Below are positions 62,564 through 64,000 of a stretch of 64,000 bases of DNA, piece by piece; positions within the stretch are counted from its first letter, which is position 1; every line of letters starts with the position of its first letter. Both the position numbers and the translations under genes were made by a program. The notes beneath the pieces are model-generated. The model did not search any database. It had not been told where the DNA came from and worked only from the letters and a program-made list of their open reading frames with translations. Source of the DNA: Kofleriaceae bacterium. GTDB lineage: Bacteria; Myxococcota_A; Polyangia; Haliangiales; Haliangiaceae. The stretch is from positions 3,135 to 67,134 of the forward strand of contig DATFRY010000602.1 of the NCBI GenBank assembly GCA_035262925.1, read 5' to 3'.

Positions 62564-63465
62564 GACGCGCCTCCCCCTGGCGCGCTCGGCGGCCCGGATG
62601 CGCCGGGCGGCACGGCCGGCGGCAGGGACTCGGTGGTGGTCGCGGCGACGGCCGACGCGGTCGGGTCCTCGTGCTCGGCCAGCCCCGGCACCGCGCCGGT
62701 CATGAGCCCGACCAGCTGCTCGCGGCCGACCTTGCCCGCCTCGTAGGTGCCCACGTAGCGGCCGAGGCGCAGCACGGTGATGCGATCGGCCACCTCGAAC
62801 ACGTCGGCCAGGTTGTGGCTGATGATGACGACGCCGTGGCCGCCCTCGTCGCGCAGGCGCTTGACGAGGTCGAGCACCTCGCGGGTCTGGGCCACCCCGA
62901 GCGCCGCGGTCGGCTCGTCGAGCAGCACCACCTTGTTGGCCCACAGGACCGAGCGGGCGACCGCGACCGACTGGCGCTGGCCGCCCGACAGCGACGCGAT
63001 CGGGATGCGGACGCTCGGGATCTTGACCGACAGCCGCCGCAGCACCTCGACCGCGCGCGCCTCCATGGTGAGCTCGTTGATCACGCCGAGCGGACCGAGC
63101 GCGCGCGGCCCGGCGTCCTCGCGGCCGAGGAACAGGTTGGCGACGACGTCGAGGTTGTCGCACAGCGCGAGGTCCTGGTAGACGGTCGCGATGCCGAGCG
63201 CCTTGGAGTCGTTGGGCGAGTGGATGGTGACCTCGCGCCCCTCCCACAGCGTCTTGCCCTCGTCGCTGCTGTAGATGCCCGAGATGACCTTGATGAGCGT
63301 CGACTTGCCGGCGCCGTTGTCGCCGACCAGCGCGACCACCTCCCCGGGGAAGACGTCGAAGCGGACGTCGGTCAGCGCCTGCACGGCGCCGAACCGCTTG
63401 CTCACGCCCCGGAGCTCGAGGAGAGGGACGCGCTTCGACACTTCGCCTGCCGTGCGGGACGCCAT
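62560..63465 (-). CDS. sugar ABC transporter ATP-binding protein (single-cassette)
   Basis: ATG 63465 (MASRTAGEV) is preceded by AGGAGG. Walker A GDNGAGKST, signature LSGGQRQ, Walker B VVLLDEPTAAL. Confidence 0.85.
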   Translation of the reverse strand: MASRTAGEVSKRVPLLELRGVSKRFGAVQALTDVRFDVFPGEVVALVGDNGAGKSTLIKVISGIYSSDEGKTLWEGREVTIHSPNDSKALGIATVYQDLALCDNLDVVANLFLGREDAGPRALGPLGVINELTMEARAVEVLRRLSVKIPSVRIPIASLSGGQRQSVAVARSVLWANKVVLLDEPTAALGVAQTREVLDLVKRLRDEGGHGVVIISHNLADVFEVADRITVLRLGRYVGTYEAGKVGREQLVGLMTGAVPGLAEHEDPTASAVAATTTESLPPAVPPGASGPPSAPGGGAS

Positions 63466-63544
63466 CGTATCCTCCTGTCGATGCCGGAGCGCCGGCGCGC
63501 TCCGGCCGCGGGCCCCTACGACGGCCGCCGGGTCACTGGCCAAG

Positions 63545-64000
63545 TCATTTGATGTTCGCGGCGGCGCACGCCTTCTCGTAGCCCTTGCAGATCTGGGCCG
63601 CCGAGTCCTCGCCGTAGAACTTGTCCTTCACCACGGTGTCGGCCACCGACTCGGTCTCGCCCGCCCCATCGACGGTGACGGCGATCGGGGTCAGAAGCAC
63701 CGACGGCACGTCGATGGTGCCGTTGTTGACCTTGCCGGTCACCACGCCCTCGGCCGGCTTCTCGCCCTTGAACAGGGCGCAGGCCAGCTCGGCGGTCTTC
63801 TCCGCCTCGGGCCGGATGGCCTTGTACACCGTCATGTACTGCTCGCCGGCCACGATGCGCTGGATGGCGGCGAGCTCGGCGTCCTGGCCGGTCGTCGGCT
63901 TGGTCTTCGGATCGATGCCGGCCGCCTTCATGGCGGCGATGGCGCCGCCCGCGGTGCCGTCGTTGGCCTGATACGCGCCGTCGAAGCCCTTGGGCCCCAC
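63545..64000 (-). CDS. sugar ABC substrate-binding protein, C-terminal part (5' end outside window)
   Basis: Open to the window edge. ...QANDGTAGGAIAAMKAAGIDPKTKPTTGQDAELAAIQRIVAGEQYMTVYK resembles xylose/ribose-binding proteins (Peripla_BP_1/4). Confidence 0.75.
   Translation of the reverse strand: MGPKGFDGAYQANDGTAGGAIAAMKAAGIDPKTKPTTGQDAELAAIQRIVAGEQYMTVYKAIRPEAEKTAELACALFKGEKPAEGVVTGKVNNGTIDVPSVLLTPIAVTVDGAGETESVADTVVKDKFYGEDSAAQICKGYEKACAAANIK

Noticed and set aside
59232-62746. ORFs 59232..62264(-, 1010 aa) and 59537..62746(+, 1069 aa).
   Set aside because: They run out of frame or antisense across nrdJ and the sugar permease. Neither has recognisable domains.

Overview
High-GC (about 70% or more) chromosomal segment. 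The gene content looks Myxococcota-like: many lipoproteins, a Hanks kinase, a sigma-54 enhancer-binding protein (EBP), FG-GAP/TPR/HEAT repeat proteins and DUF1501. That taxonomic call is inference only. I support about 55 protein-coding genes. I found no rRNA, tRNA, CRISPR array, transposase or prophage genes.

Backbone genes: dnaE, class II ribonucleotide reductase (nrdJ), a Rieske/cytochrome b-c complex, dksA, HMG-CoA lyase with enoyl-CoA hydratase, one Liv-type ABC transporter and part of a sugar ABC transporter.

Main hunt results:
1. A tightly packed minus-strand cluster (32330-40217). It encodes an ECF sigma, a zf-HC2 anti-sigma, three tandem paralogs of a protein family I cannot place, a TPR-CHAT (caspase-like) lipoprotein and a Ser/Thr kinase. 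It sits in a stretch of lower GC. This is my best candidate for an undescribed protease-gated signalling or conflict system.
2. A composite double-palindrome operator occurs twice, at 31551-31587 and 44938-44975. It ties a PcaR-like IclR regulator to a hydroquinone-type two-subunit ring-cleavage operon and to the Liv-type ABC transporter.
3. A lipoprotein fuses an FG-GAP region to a lysyl-oxidase catalytic domain.
4. A MITE-like repeat of about 160 bp brackets a HEAT-repeat gene.
5. A low-GC unit has a sigma-54 promoter, a small ORF and an intrinsic terminator.
6. A three-gene zinc-ribbon operon of unknown function.

Most very long ORFs in the track are GC-driven shadow frames and were rejected. 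Coordinates follow the ORF track; starts were refined by residue offset and by checking ribosome-binding sites (RBS) by eye.
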